Below the pieces are notes generated by a model. That model did not search any database, was not told the DNA's origin, and saw only the letters and a program-made list of their open reading frames with translations. From a phage, in NCBI GenBank assembly GCA_019338205.1, contig GCA_019338205.1_4761.1: 64,000 nt of DNA; one strand, 5' to 3'. Below are positions 26,606 to 34,579 of this stretch, one piece after another. The number at the start of each line of letters is the position of its first letter. Position 1 is the first letter of the stretch. Both the position numbers and the translations under genes were made by a program.

Positions 26606-26789
26606 AAATGATCTATATTCCGGTGATTGGGTGAAACGTCAGTCTGTGGAAAACGTAACATGTTTTCGTTGTTTCACTGAATACAATATAAAAACCGCTC
26701 CTGTTAGTGTTCCAACGACAGACGGGTATTATATTAAAGAACCGCATTGCCCTAAATGTAAATGTCGATTATATTGGAGTCATCTATGA
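26595..26789 (+). CDS. small Zn-ribbon protein (CxxC...CxxC)
   Basis: CFRCF...CPKCKC; ATG overlapping macro gene end. Confidence 0.4.
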   Translation: MTNKNDLYSGDWVKRQSVENVTCFRCFTEYNIKTAPVSVPTTDGYYIKEPHCPKCKCRLYWSHL

Positions 26790-27004
26790 AGAAGCCTAAT
26801 ACCGCTCACATGAAAGAAAACTGCCGATGTGTTAGATGTGGTTGGCCTATTATATTCACTTGCTGTAACGACGATATGCAGCGTTTACCGTGGGGAATGT
26901 GGGATTGGTGGATGTATTGCAGCAATAAAGGTTGCGACCATCATGAAGGTGAAGGAGTCTTTCAGGAAACACCTGATTGGGTGGAGGTGATAGAAAATGC
27001 TTGA
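26786..27004 (+). CDS. small Cys/Trp-rich protein
   Basis: CRCVRCGWPIIFTCCNDD...CSNKGCDHHEGEG. Confidence 0.4.
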   Translation: MKKPNTAHMKENCRCVRCGWPIIFTCCNDDMQRLPWGMWDWWMYCSNKGCDHHEGEGVFQETPDWVEVIENA

Positions 27005-27290
27005 GACTATCATTAATCTTGTTGTGTGGACTTTTATTTTCGTTATTGTTATTATGGCGGGTGTAGAGATTGTAAAACAATATCTATTGCAATCTCGAAA
27101 TAAACATGTTGTCGTTGATATGGACTCGCAAGGCAATAAGTTGATCCGGTTAGAAGATGGTCGGGAATATTGGGTCGGGTATCCCAAAACTCTGAAAGGG
27201 TTTATCCTTGCCATGAGCATTAACATCTTTTTCATTGGTATCTGGACTTATATCGGTTTAGGTCTTGTTGGATTTTTGGAGATTAATTAA
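26997..27290 (+). CDS. membrane protein (97 aa, two hydrophobic segments)
   Basis: ORF track; directly upstream of tk. Confidence 0.45.
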   Translation: MLETIINLVVWTFIFVIVIMAGVEIVKQYLLQSRNKHVVVDMDSQGNKLIRLEDGREYWVGYPKTLKGFILAMSINIFFIGIWTYIGLGLVGFLEIN

Positions 27291-27886
27291 TGGCGCAATT
27301 ATATTTCTACTATGCATCTATGAACGCTGGCAAATCAACTTCTCTGTTACAAAGTGCTTATAACTATACCGAACGTGATATGCGAGTATTAATTCTTAAG
27401 CCAGCGATTGATAATCGAGATTCAGAAAGTGAAGTCGTTTCCCGAATTGGCCTAAGTGCCCCAGCGATCACCTTCACTAAATCGGATGATCTTTTCGATT
27501 TGGTTTATCGTGAATCGTTAGGTAAGCGTAGACCGGATCGATGGCGTCCAGATGCAGTTTTTGTAGACGAAGCCCAATTTATGACTAAAGAGCATGTTTT
27601 AGGCTTGTGTGCGCTTGTTGATGATGCTAATATCCCTGTACTGTGCTATGGCCTTCGCACTGACTTTCAGGGCAATCTATTTGAAGGATCTGCGGCATTA
27701 ATGGCATTTGCTGATAAGCTGGTCGAAATGAAGGGTATTTGTCATTGTGGCAAGAAAGCGACTATGGTCCTTCGCGTAGATAAAGATGGTAATGTTATTC
27801 GCGATGGTGCTCAAATAGAAGTTGGTGCAGAGGATAAATATGTTTCGGTGTGCCGTAAACATTTTATTGACGGTACTACCAAATAA
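27290..27886 (+). CDS. tk: thymidine kinase
   Basis: MAQLYFYYASMNAGKSTSLLQSAYNY P-loop and C-terminal Cys cluster typical of Tdk. Confidence 0.95.
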   Translation: MAQLYFYYASMNAGKSTSLLQSAYNYTERDMRVLILKPAIDNRDSESEVVSRIGLSAPAITFTKSDDLFDLVYRESLGKRRPDRWRPDAVFVDEAQFMTKEHVLGLCALVDDANIPVLCYGLRTDFQGNLFEGSAALMAFADKLVEMKGICHCGKKATMVLRVDKDGNVIRDGAQIEVGAEDKYVSVCRKHFIDGTTK

Positions 27887-27913
27887 GAGTTAATCATAAA
27901 TAAAGCCCCAGAT

Positions 27914-27921
27914 TATAAATA
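27914..27921 (+). promoter_or_regulatory. T4-type late promoter TATAAATA (inside loop of 9-bp inverted repeat)
   Basis: exact TATAAATA; flanked by ccccagatt 27906-27914 and aatctgggg 27936-27944; 33 nt upstream of ATG 27954. Confidence 0.45.
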
Positions 27922-27953
27922 TAACTGAATATTTCAATCTGGGGGAATGACTT

Positions 27954-28256
27954 ATGTCATTTATTCGTAAAACTCTAACAGCGGCAATATGCTTGACTGC
28001 GGTCGGAAGTGTCAGTGCTGATCAATATGATCCAACTGGTGACTTTACTGATTATTTCGACGGCGCAATGATAGTATATGTAAACAAAATATCTCCTTCC
28101 ATTGAAACCAGCCAGAAATTTCATGCCCATATTATGAAGATGTATGCTCGTAGTAAATGTATGGATTCTAGGCAGTGTTTTATTATGGGTGGATATGCCG
28201 CACAACAATTTGTTCTGTTGCATAATATGGAGAATCGAGAACATGAAATTCAGTGA
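27954..28256 (+). CDS. secreted/periplasmic protein (100 aa)
   Basis: signal peptide ending VSA; downstream of late-promoter motif. Confidence 0.5.
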   Translation: MSFIRKTLTAAICLTAVGSVSADQYDPTGDFTDYFDGAMIVYVNKISPSIETSQKFHAHIMKMYARSKCMDSRQCFIMGGYAAQQFVLLHNMENREHEIQ

Positions 28257-28641
28257 TTTTCTAAAGACTTCCGAAGAGGGAAAGGCTAATAAAGTTGACC
28301 GCTTTATCGGTGAATGTCTGATGAGTGTTACTTATATGCATTCTGCGCATTTTGGGGTAACTGGTCCTGGATCTTATGCAAAACATAAGGCTCTAGAAGA
28401 GTTCTATCTTGAAATGCAAGAATTGGTTGATAATTTCACTGAAACCAATATTGGGATCACTGGTCGTTATCAGCCAAAGTTGGTCGTCCGCAAGGAGATT
28501 AGCGAAATTGCCTATTTGCAAGAGTTAACGCAAATGGCTAGTGAGATTTATAATGATGTTGATAGCTCGTTACAGAGTGTTTTAGACGATATCAAAGCTC
28601 TATGCTTTAAAACAATTTATAAACTCACTCGACTGGCTTAA
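28243..28641 (+). CDS. hypothetical protein (132 aa)
   Basis: ORF track frame; ATG 28243 with SD GGAG. Confidence 0.45.
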   Translation: MKFSDFLKTSEEGKANKVDRFIGECLMSVTYMHSAHFGVTGPGSYAKHKALEEFYLEMQELVDNFTETNIGITGRYQPKLVVRKEISEIAYLQELTQMASEIYNDVDSSLQSVLDDIKALCFKTIYKLTRLA

Positions 28642-28875
28642 TGTTAGTCACCGTGGGATGCATACCATAAGTAAAAGAATACTAGCATTAACACAACTAT
28701 TTGGCTTCCTCATACTTTCGCGTGTTCAATTACTGCCGAATCGGAAGACCCGTCTAAGACGAGGAAGGGTTATCATTGGAAAGGGATGGTGAATTGGTTA
28801 CTATGTTTAACTAGTTTAGCAAAGGTCGATTCAAACACTACTATACAAATGGACGTGAATAAAATATAATCAAAA

Positions 28876-28898
28876 GCCATCCGAAAGGGTGGCTTTTT
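28876..28898 (+). terminator. intrinsic terminator
   Basis: gccatcc-gaaa-gggtggc hairpin plus TTTTT. Confidence 0.65.
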
Positions 28899-28910
28899 CG
28901 TTTTTATGTG

Positions 28911-28939
28911 TTGACAACCGGAATAGGGTATAGCATAAT
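28911..28939 (+). promoter_or_regulatory. early promoter cassette TTGACA-N17-CATAAT
   Basis: TTGACA 28911-28916, CATAAT 28934-28939, conserved leader. Confidence 0.6.
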
Positions 28940-28968
28940 GCACACATCGACAACAAAGGAGAATCAAA

Positions 28969-29178
28969 ATGATTAATCCAGTAGCCGCAGCACTTGCTTC
29001 CGAAGAAACTTTGAAGTATATGGTAGAACATGCAGCAAAGAAAGGAGAAATTGTTACTGCCGATGAGATCGTAGAAACCATGCTCCGCGATCCGAATGGT
29101 AACACTGCAAAGTTTTTCGGTGATCATCTTAAACTGGCTTACAAAACAATTATGGAGACCGTGAAAAATGCAAAATGA
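28969..29178 (+). CDS. hypothetical early protein (69 aa)
   Basis: ORF track; cassette leader. Confidence 0.45.
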   Translation: MINPVAAALASEETLKYMVEHAAKKGEIVTADEIVETMLRDPNGNTAKFFGDHLKLAYKTIMETVKNAK

Positions 29179-29506
29179 TGTGATTGAAGTTATTATGAAT
29201 CAATACCGAAACCGGATTTGGTCTGGACGTATCAAAGAAGAAAAGGCAAAACGGATCATCGAAAAATATGCTGAAAAGACTAAGCAAGCGCCAACGGCTA
29301 ACAGAGTTATGATTCTTAAATGTCTGGTGCTTTCCGGTGACGATATGCCTATTGATGCAGAGACAGCCACCGATTTTCATAAGACCTATCGCCAGTGTGA
29401 TGTAATTTTTACTTCTGGCTTCGGTAGTTATGACTCTATTATGTGGAATTTAATGCACCTTGACGCAACGATCTGGGATGTACTTTCGGAGGAGGGTTAC
29501 AAATGA
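29168..29506 (+). CDS. hypothetical protein (112 aa)
   Basis: ORF track. Confidence 0.4.
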   Translation: MQNDVIEVIMNQYRNRIWSGRIKEEKAKRIIEKYAEKTKQAPTANRVMILKCLVLSGDDMPIDAETATDFHKTYRQCDVIFTSGFGSYDSIMWNLMHLDATIWDVLSEEGYK

Positions 29507-29853
29507 ACATTGACATTCAACGACTAATTGATCACCTTCACGCGGGAATACCTTATCATGGCGACGTTACCCGTGATATTCTTGATGTGTTGGAATATAC
29601 CCAGCAAGTGATCAACGAAAAGCAAGCATTAGAATCACGGATCGACGAGGCAATAGGAAACATTGCAACCGAAGATGAATTAGATAATCACTTTGGACCT
29701 GTTCTTGATGCTCTTATGGCTGCGCGTGATACCAAACTGAAACAGGATAAACAAGAATTTATCCTTGATGGTTTAGCTCGTTATCACAATGCAATTGATA
29801 TTATGAATAACCAGCATGATTATGCTATTAGTGTTTTGCGAGGTCTGGCATGA
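29503..29853 (+). CDS. hypothetical protein (116 aa)
   Basis: ORF track; ATGA overlap. Confidence 0.4.
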   Translation: MNIDIQRLIDHLHAGIPYHGDVTRDILDVLEYTQQVINEKQALESRIDEAIGNIATEDELDNHFGPVLDALMAARDTKLKQDKQEFILDGLARYHNAIDIMNNQHDYAISVLRGLA

Positions 29854-30134
29854 AAGACACAAACGAATTTAACTGTATTCAGGTAAGCCCGAATTTTATT
29901 GTTCCATCACTGGTGACTAAGCTGAATGGTCATATGGTCGCTTTGTCTTCCACACCGCCAGAATCAGGAAAGTTTATTACTATCGTAGTTTATGCGGGGC
30001 AAATTTTCTCTCATGATTGCTGCATGAAAAATGGTCAGTTGATGGTTGCAAATTATGACTACGGCGACCTTGAATGGGAAGTTTTAGGACTGGCTAAATG
30101 CGCTGAAATTCTGGGCTATATTCGATTAATTTAA
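29850..30134 (+). CDS. hypothetical protein (94 aa)
   Basis: ORF track; ATGA overlap. Confidence 0.4.
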   Translation: MKDTNEFNCIQVSPNFIVPSLVTKLNGHMVALSSTPPESGKFITIVVYAGQIFSHDCCMKNGQLMVANYDYGDLEWEVLGLAKCAEILGYIRLI

Positions 30135-30152
30135 ATTTTTTCTTAGAAAGTG

Positions 30153-30181
30153 TTGACAGCGATCCGGTGTCATTGCATAAT
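30153..30181 (+). promoter_or_regulatory. early promoter cassette TTGACA-N17-CATAAT
   Basis: TTGACA 30153-30158, CATAAT 30176-30181, conserved leader. Confidence 0.6.
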
Positions 30182-30222
30182 ACACCCATCGAAACGAGAT
30201 ACACTTTCTAGGAGAATCAAAA

Positions 30223-30444
30223 ATGGCAACTGTTAAAATTATCAAATCTTCCGCTGGTTTCGGTTTCATGCGTGGAGCTAAGTACCCGATGATTATTGAA
30301 AACGTTGCCATCGAAGATGGTATGGCTAAAGTGACCAGCCGTCAATTGTTCGAAGCTGGTGTTAAAACTGCTGAATCATGGGCGCTTCGTTACCCAAACA
30401 AAACTTGGTCTTTCTTCCTGAATGGAGAAGCAGAGGTCATCTAA
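30223..30444 (+). CDS. small protein, KIEIID-like paralog family
   Basis: VKIIKSSAGFGFMRGAKYPMIIE resembles ORFs at 32793, 33009, 33266. Confidence 0.45.
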   Translation: MATVKIIKSSAGFGFMRGAKYPMIIENVAIEDGMAKVTSRQLFEAGVKTAESWALRYPNKTWSFFLNGEAEVI

Positions 30445-30462
30445 GTAATATTATTAATCAAT

Positions 30463-30485
30463 GCCCCTTAAATGGGGCTTTTCTT
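30463..30485 (+). terminator. intrinsic terminator
   Basis: gcccc-ttaaat-ggggc hairpin plus TTTTCTT. Confidence 0.6.
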
Positions 30486-30498
30486 GTGAGGAAACTTT

Positions 30499-31278
30499 AT
30501 GGCAATATCTTCTGGATGGGTAGGATCATCTGCTGTGTCCGAGACTGGTCAACGGTGGATGAGCGCCGCAATGCAAGCTGTTCGCTTAGGTCGTCCGGCG
30601 TATATGTCGGCAATGGTCGGACGCTCTAAAGAGATTCATTATAGCATTGGCGCTAGTAATAGTTACAATAAAGATACGCTTATTAACTGGATGAAAGCAC
30701 AGTGATCTACTCCGGTAGTAATTACTATCACTGGTAATATTGTTTCCCAATCTACTGGCGTTCCTTGTCTTGACTTCCCTAGCTCGTTAACAAATGAATA
30801 TGTAACATTGATCATTAACTCCGGTGTTCATGTTTGGGGGCGTGGTGGTAATGGTGGCAATAACTCCGCTGGTGGTGCTGGTGGTAATGCAATAAATAAC
30901 GGAATTGGAACTAGATTACGTATTAACAACAATGGTGTTATCGCAGGCGGCGGTGGCGGTGGAGGTGGTGGGTATTATTCTCCTACGAAACCAATGAAAT
31001 TAACTTTTGGTGGTGGCGGCGGTCGTCCGTTTGGTGCTGCTGGTGGATCTGCCAACATGCAATCAGGCGCAACTGCTGGTACTATTTCCGCGCCAGGTAA
31101 AGGGTCTGTCAACGGTGTATATAATGGCGGTAACGGTGGTGATGCTGGCGGTGCTGGTGGTAAATGTAATATCCGTGGACAGGGATCGGAATATAATGGC
31201 GGTGCGGCTGGTAAGGCTGTTACTGGCAATGCCCCTCGCTGGGATAAAGTAGGCACGATCTACGGTGCTCGCGTGTAA
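30499..31278 (+). pseudogene. gp38-like glycine-rich tail fibre adhesin gene interrupted by in-frame TGA (pseudogene or readthrough)
   Basis: single 780-nt frame; stop TGA at 30703-30705; N-part GWVGSSAVSETGQRWM and Gly-rich C-part (GRGGNGG, GGGGGGGGG, FGGGGGRPFG) resemble T2-type gp38; downstream part has no ATG or SD. Confidence 0.5.
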
Positions 31279-31284
31279 TTTTAT

Positions 31285-31317
31285 GGGCTATCCTTCGGGA
31301 TAGCCTTTTTGTTTTTT
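31285..31317 (+). terminator. intrinsic terminator
   Basis: ggctatcc-ttcg-ggatagcc hairpin plus T-run. Confidence 0.75.
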
Positions 31318-31322
31318 GGGTG

Positions 31323-31350
31323 TTGACAATGAAAATCATAGTGCTATAAT
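31323..31350 (+). promoter_or_regulatory. early promoter cassette TTGACA-N16-TATAAT
   Basis: TTGACA 31323-31328, TATAAT 31345-31350. Confidence 0.6.
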
Positions 31351-31379
31351 GCACACATACCAACTAAGGAGAATCAAAG

Positions 31380-31670
31380 ATGACCGCTGAACAATTAATC
31401 AAACATATCCGCAACATTATTTGGGATCTGTCTGGTGATAAAGAGGAACAGGCTGAACGCATTTTAGCTAAACTCTATGAGCGCCGTGACCGTGGAGTAT
31501 CCGTAAAGAAAGTAGAAACTTTCAAAGAGTTATCTTTCATCGAAGCTAAAAAGGATGGATTAATTTATCAGTTGACAGATGGTTACTGGTGCTATGATAA
31601 TACTCGCTATGACACCGCGACTGATGCATTAAAAGCATGTAATGACCATCTTCGCAAAACTACCATTTGA
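31380..31670 (+). CDS. hypothetical early protein (96 aa)
   Basis: ORF track; cassette leader. Confidence 0.45.
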   Translation: MTAEQLIKHIRNIIWDLSGDKEEQAERILAKLYERRDRGVSVKKVETFKELSFIEAKKDGLIYQLTDGYWCYDNTRYDTATDALKACNDHLRKTTI

Positions 31671-31680
31671 GGATTATAAT

Positions 31681-31878
31681 ATGAGGGTTAAAACATTGGC
31701 TGATATGGATGAGATCGAGACTCAAGTACATGCGGCGCTAGTCGGTTATGAGTTCGGGCGATTCCTTAATAAGTTCCATGATTATAAATGCTTAAATTGT
31801 GGTGCTCATAACGTAATTGGTGCTTGCTGTATTAATCCTGTTATAGTACCATATAAAAGAAATGAAACAGAAGAGTGA
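31681..31878 (+). CDS. small Cys-containing protein
   Basis: ATG 31681 with SD GAGGAT; CLNCGAHNVIGACC. Confidence 0.4.
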   Translation: MRVKTLADMDEIETQVHAALVGYEFGRFLNKFHDYKCLNCGAHNVIGACCINPVIVPYKRNETEE

Positions 31879-31888
31879 GGAACATAGA

Positions 31889-32107
31889 ATGAAGACCAAC
31901 GAATCAGTAATACCGCCAGCTTTCGGTCGCATTCCTATAGTTATCACAAAGTCAAATATGTCTTTCGTTGAGGTTGGCGAGCGTACACACATAACAACGA
32001 TGCACGGAAAACAGTATATTTGGTCATCTTTCTGTAAATCGTATGAGCTTTTAAGCTGGGCGATTGATGTATGGAAAATTGAATATGAAGTAATTACAGA
32101 AGAGTGA
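31889..32107 (+). CDS. small protein, PAFG-ITKSN paralog family
   Basis: PAFGRIPIVITKSNMSFVEVGERTHITTM resembles C-terminus of next ORF. Confidence 0.45.
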   Translation: MKTNESVIPPAFGRIPIVITKSNMSFVEVGERTHITTMHGKQYIWSSFCKSYELLSWAIDVWKIEYEVITEE

Positions 32108-32117
32108 GGAATACAAA

Positions 32118-32552
32118 ATGAAAAAGTTGATGGCTACATTTCATGACATGCGAGATCTACCAGGTTTAGCACATATCGATTTTCCTGTTACTATGGAAGT
32201 GTCGGAATATGACGGTTATCATGATATTCTGTTCATTAAAAATACTGAGTTTATCCGCTTAGGCGCTAAACCTGCTGTGCTATACCCAGAAGGAAACCGG
32301 ACAGCGGTCAGAAAAACAAATTCTGTTAAATTGGCATTTAGTTCAGATGTTGACTTGGAACCAGCTTTCGGATATACTCCTGTCGAGATCACAAAATCGA
32401 ATACTTCTTTCGTGAAAGTAGGAGAGAAAACGCATATTTCAACTATGCAAGACGGTACACAATATCTATGGTCCGATTTCTGCCAGCGTTATGAGCGTTT
32501 ATCATGGGCTACCCGCTTATGGTGTGTTGAGTATAAGGAGATCACAAAATGA
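32118..32552 (+). CDS. protein with C-terminal PAFG-ITKSN domain
   Basis: C-terminal PAFGYTPVEITKSNTSFVKVGEKTHISTM...LSWA paralogous to previous ORF. Confidence 0.45.
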   Translation: MKKLMATFHDMRDLPGLAHIDFPVTMEVSEYDGYHDILFIKNTEFIRLGAKPAVLYPEGNRTAVRKTNSVKLAFSSDVDLEPAFGYTPVEITKSNTSFVKVGEKTHISTMQDGTQYLWSDFCQRYERLSWATRLWCVEYKEITK

Positions 32553-32803
32553 TCACCGGATATATTCCATATTCAACAACAAAACATATTGTCGGATTCG
32601 AAGACATAGAAAAGTCTTGCTTTCCTCTCAAGGTTGAAGTAGACTTTATTACAGCGAACGGGTGGGCTTATGTTACCGTAGAAGAAATGAAGCGCGTAGG
32701 GTGGGAAAACTGCATACACCTACCGCATCTTATCCTAGATGTTCGCGCTGGTGAAATTGATATTGCTGGAAAGATCTATGGAGACAATGTAAATGAAAAT
32801 TGA
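32549..32803 (+). CDS. hypothetical protein (84 aa)
   Basis: ORF track; ATGA overlap. Confidence 0.4.
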   Translation: MITGYIPYSTTKHIVGFEDIEKSCFPLKVEVDFITANGWAYVTVEEMKRVGWENCIHLPHLILDVRAGEIDIAGKIYGDNVNEN

Positions 32804-32990
32804 AATTATTGATGATGGTGGATTTTCTTTCATGAATGGCGTTAAACTTCCTATCATCGTGGAAGGTCGTCGTTATGGGCTTGATTATCTTGTAGAAACG
32901 CAGGAACTACAAAAAGCTGGCGTGCCAATTAAAGGTTATTTTCCTGAGTATGAATGGTGTTTTCGTGCAAATGAAGCCTGGGCGGTATAA
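32793..32990 (+). CDS. small protein, KIEIID paralog family
   Basis: MKIEIIDDGGFSFMNGVKLPIIVEG...YEWCF. Confidence 0.45.
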   Translation: MKIEIIDDGGFSFMNGVKLPIIVEGRRYGLDYLVETQELQKAGVPIKGYFPEYEWCFRANEAWAV

Positions 32991-33008
32991 CTAATTGAGG
33001 ATTATATT

Positions 33009-33266
33009 ATGAAGATTGAAATTATTGACCGTGCTGGGTATACTTTCATGGAAAAAGTTAAACTTCCTATCATTGTTGAAGGTCGACCCTTATGTCAAGG
33101 ATTCATGATAAAGACCAGAGAACTACGAAATGCGGGTGTTCCTGTTGAATCATGTTTCGGTGATGATTATGAATGGTGTTTCAGTGGTTTTCGTGCACAT
33201 AAAGTAAAAGAAGCACGAAAAGCGTCATGGTTTGCTCGCTTTAATAACTGGTTGAGGAATCTGTGA
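33009..33266 (+). CDS. small protein, KIEIID paralog family
   Basis: MKIEIIDRAGYTFMEKVKLPIIVEG...YEWCF. Confidence 0.45.
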   Translation: MKIEIIDRAGYTFMEKVKLPIIVEGRPLCQGFMIKTRELRNAGVPVESCFGDDYEWCFSGFRAHKVKEARKASWFARFNNWLRNL

Positions 33267-33604
33267 TGTGTGAAATGAAAAAGTATATGATTCTAAGTGA
33301 TTCAGGATACACCTTCTTACAAGGTATTGATAGTGACTCGCGTCCTATTGTATATGGAAAAGAACATCCGACCATTCTTGGGATCATTCTTGTTACGACA
33401 AGATCACTTCGTCGAGTGTCGGAAAGCCCATACCTACAAAACGTAAAGCAAGACCGAGAATGGGCTTTCGAGTTAGGTAAAGATCTTGTTGAGTGGGTAA
33501 ACTGTGAAGACAAGAACCAACGAAATCATGAAAGGAAGATTGCACGAAATGTACATAGAAAAAAACTTGATGAAATCAAAAACAGGATTCTACAATCAAT
33601 GTAA
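33266..33604 (+). CDS. protein with KIEIID-like N-domain and basic C-terminus
   Basis: YMILSDSGYTFLQGIDSDSRPIVYG; ATG 33266 with SD GAGGAA. Confidence 0.4.
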   Translation: MCEMKKYMILSDSGYTFLQGIDSDSRPIVYGKEHPTILGIILVTTRSLRRVSESPYLQNVKQDREWAFELGKDLVEWVNCEDKNQRNHERKIARNVHRKKLDEIKNRILQSM

Positions 33605-33824
33605 TAGGGTATTCATCGTCCTTCTGGATTCAGAAAACTATCCAGAACTCTCTAAAACGCGTTTTCCGTGCGTTGTTGAAGCACACAAGGCATATGCACC
33701 AGATAAACAGTTTATCGTTATGGCGAGCGAAATAGAGAGGTTAGGGGCGATCCCTAAACATGATGAATATGTGTTTCGTAAGGCGTTCTCTGTGCCTCAT
33801 TTTGGTGTAGAGTTAATTCACTAA
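33570..33824 (+). CDS. hypothetical protein (start uncertain)
   Basis: ORF track frame; overlaps previous gene; no clear SD. Confidence 0.3.
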   Translation: MKSKTGFYNQCNRVFIVLLDSENYPELSKTRFPCVVEAHKAYAPDKQFIVMASEIERLGAIPKHDEYVFRKAFSVPHFGVELIH

Positions 33825-33839
33825 AATCATAAAAAGTTG

Positions 33840-33868
33840 TTGACAGGGGATCGCGTATCCCCTATACT
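33840..33868 (+). promoter_or_regulatory. early promoter cassette with spacer hairpin (TTGACA-gggga.tcccc-TATACT)
   Basis: TTGACA 33840-33845; palindrome ggggatcgcgtatcccc fills the 17-nt spacer; TATACT 33863-33868. Confidence 0.55.
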
Positions 33869-33911
33869 ACACACATCAAAACGAAACACACTTTTCTTAA
33901 GGAGAATCAAA

Positions 33912-34190
33912 ATGAGCAACCTGTCTTTCGCTAAAGTAGAAATTTCCAAAACTCGCGGTGGCATCAAAATCAAAACTTCCAATATCACTTCCTGCCGTGG
34001 TTGCGTCCGGTTTGCGTTCGACTTGGCAGCGAAGCTGGGTATTAAAACCTTTACCGTTGAGAGCGGATCTAACTGGACCACTCTGATTGTTACTGCCGCT
34101 TGGATCAATGGTGAGTATGTAGAAAAGGCATACTTTGACATTTTCTATGACTACGAAGAAAAATGCTTTTATGCACTGCAAGACATGTAA
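33912..34190 (+). CDS. hypothetical early protein (92 aa)
   Basis: ATG after cassette leader. Confidence 0.45.
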   Translation: MSNLSFAKVEISKTRGGIKIKTSNITSCRGCVRFAFDLAAKLGIKTFTVESGSNWTTLIVTAAWINGEYVEKAYFDIFYDYEEKCFYALQDM

Positions 34191-34200
34191 GGAGGATAAT

Positions 34201-34509
34201 GTGACAACACAAGATATTGTTAATGTGCTTTATATCTGGACTACTGGTGCAATGATCTCGTATCTAGTATTCTGCTTGTACGCCAGATTCGACAAGGACA
34301 CCAAAGAGGTCGATACAGGAGCATTTTGTATTGCTGCAATCGTATGGCCTATAACGTGGACCGTGGTTGATATTGTTATGTGTTATAAGGGGCTGAAATG
34401 TTTTGGTTTGATGATTGCTGGTAAACCGGAAGCGAAGCCGCGCACGCATAAAGGATTCAGTCCAAAACCAGTCGATGACGGTCGATATAAACCGGAAGAA
34501 GATTTTTAA
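34201..34509 (+). CDS. membrane protein (GTG start)
   Basis: SD AGGAGG 5 nt before GTG 34201; hydrophobic core. Confidence 0.4.
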   Translation: MTTQDIVNVLYIWTTGAMISYLVFCLYARFDKDTKEVDTGAFCIAAIVWPITWTVVDIVMCYKGLKCFGLMIAGKPEAKPRTHKGFSPKPVDDGRYKPEEDF

Positions 34510-34516
34510 AAAACTG

Positions 34517-34545
34517 TTGACATGAAAATGCGGTTATCATATAAT
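34517..34545 (+). promoter_or_regulatory. early promoter cassette TTGACA-N17-TATAAT with hairpin around -10
   Basis: TTGACA 34517-34522, TATAAT 34540-34545, stem gcggt/accgc flanking. Confidence 0.55.
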
Positions 34546-34579
34546 GACCGCATCAAATGAACGATGTGAGGATTATATT

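Noticed and set aside
30975-31256. ORFs 30975-31256 (minus) and 31007-31252 (plus) inside the glycine-rich gene
   Set aside because: Artefacts of the GGN-rich repeat sequence; alternative frames of the gp38-like coding region.
30808-31278. Independent gene starting at TTG 30808 as listed in the ORF track
   Set aside because: No SD or ATG; the frame is open for 102 nt upstream back to a TGA and continues the upstream ORF, so it is better explained as the second half of one interrupted gene.
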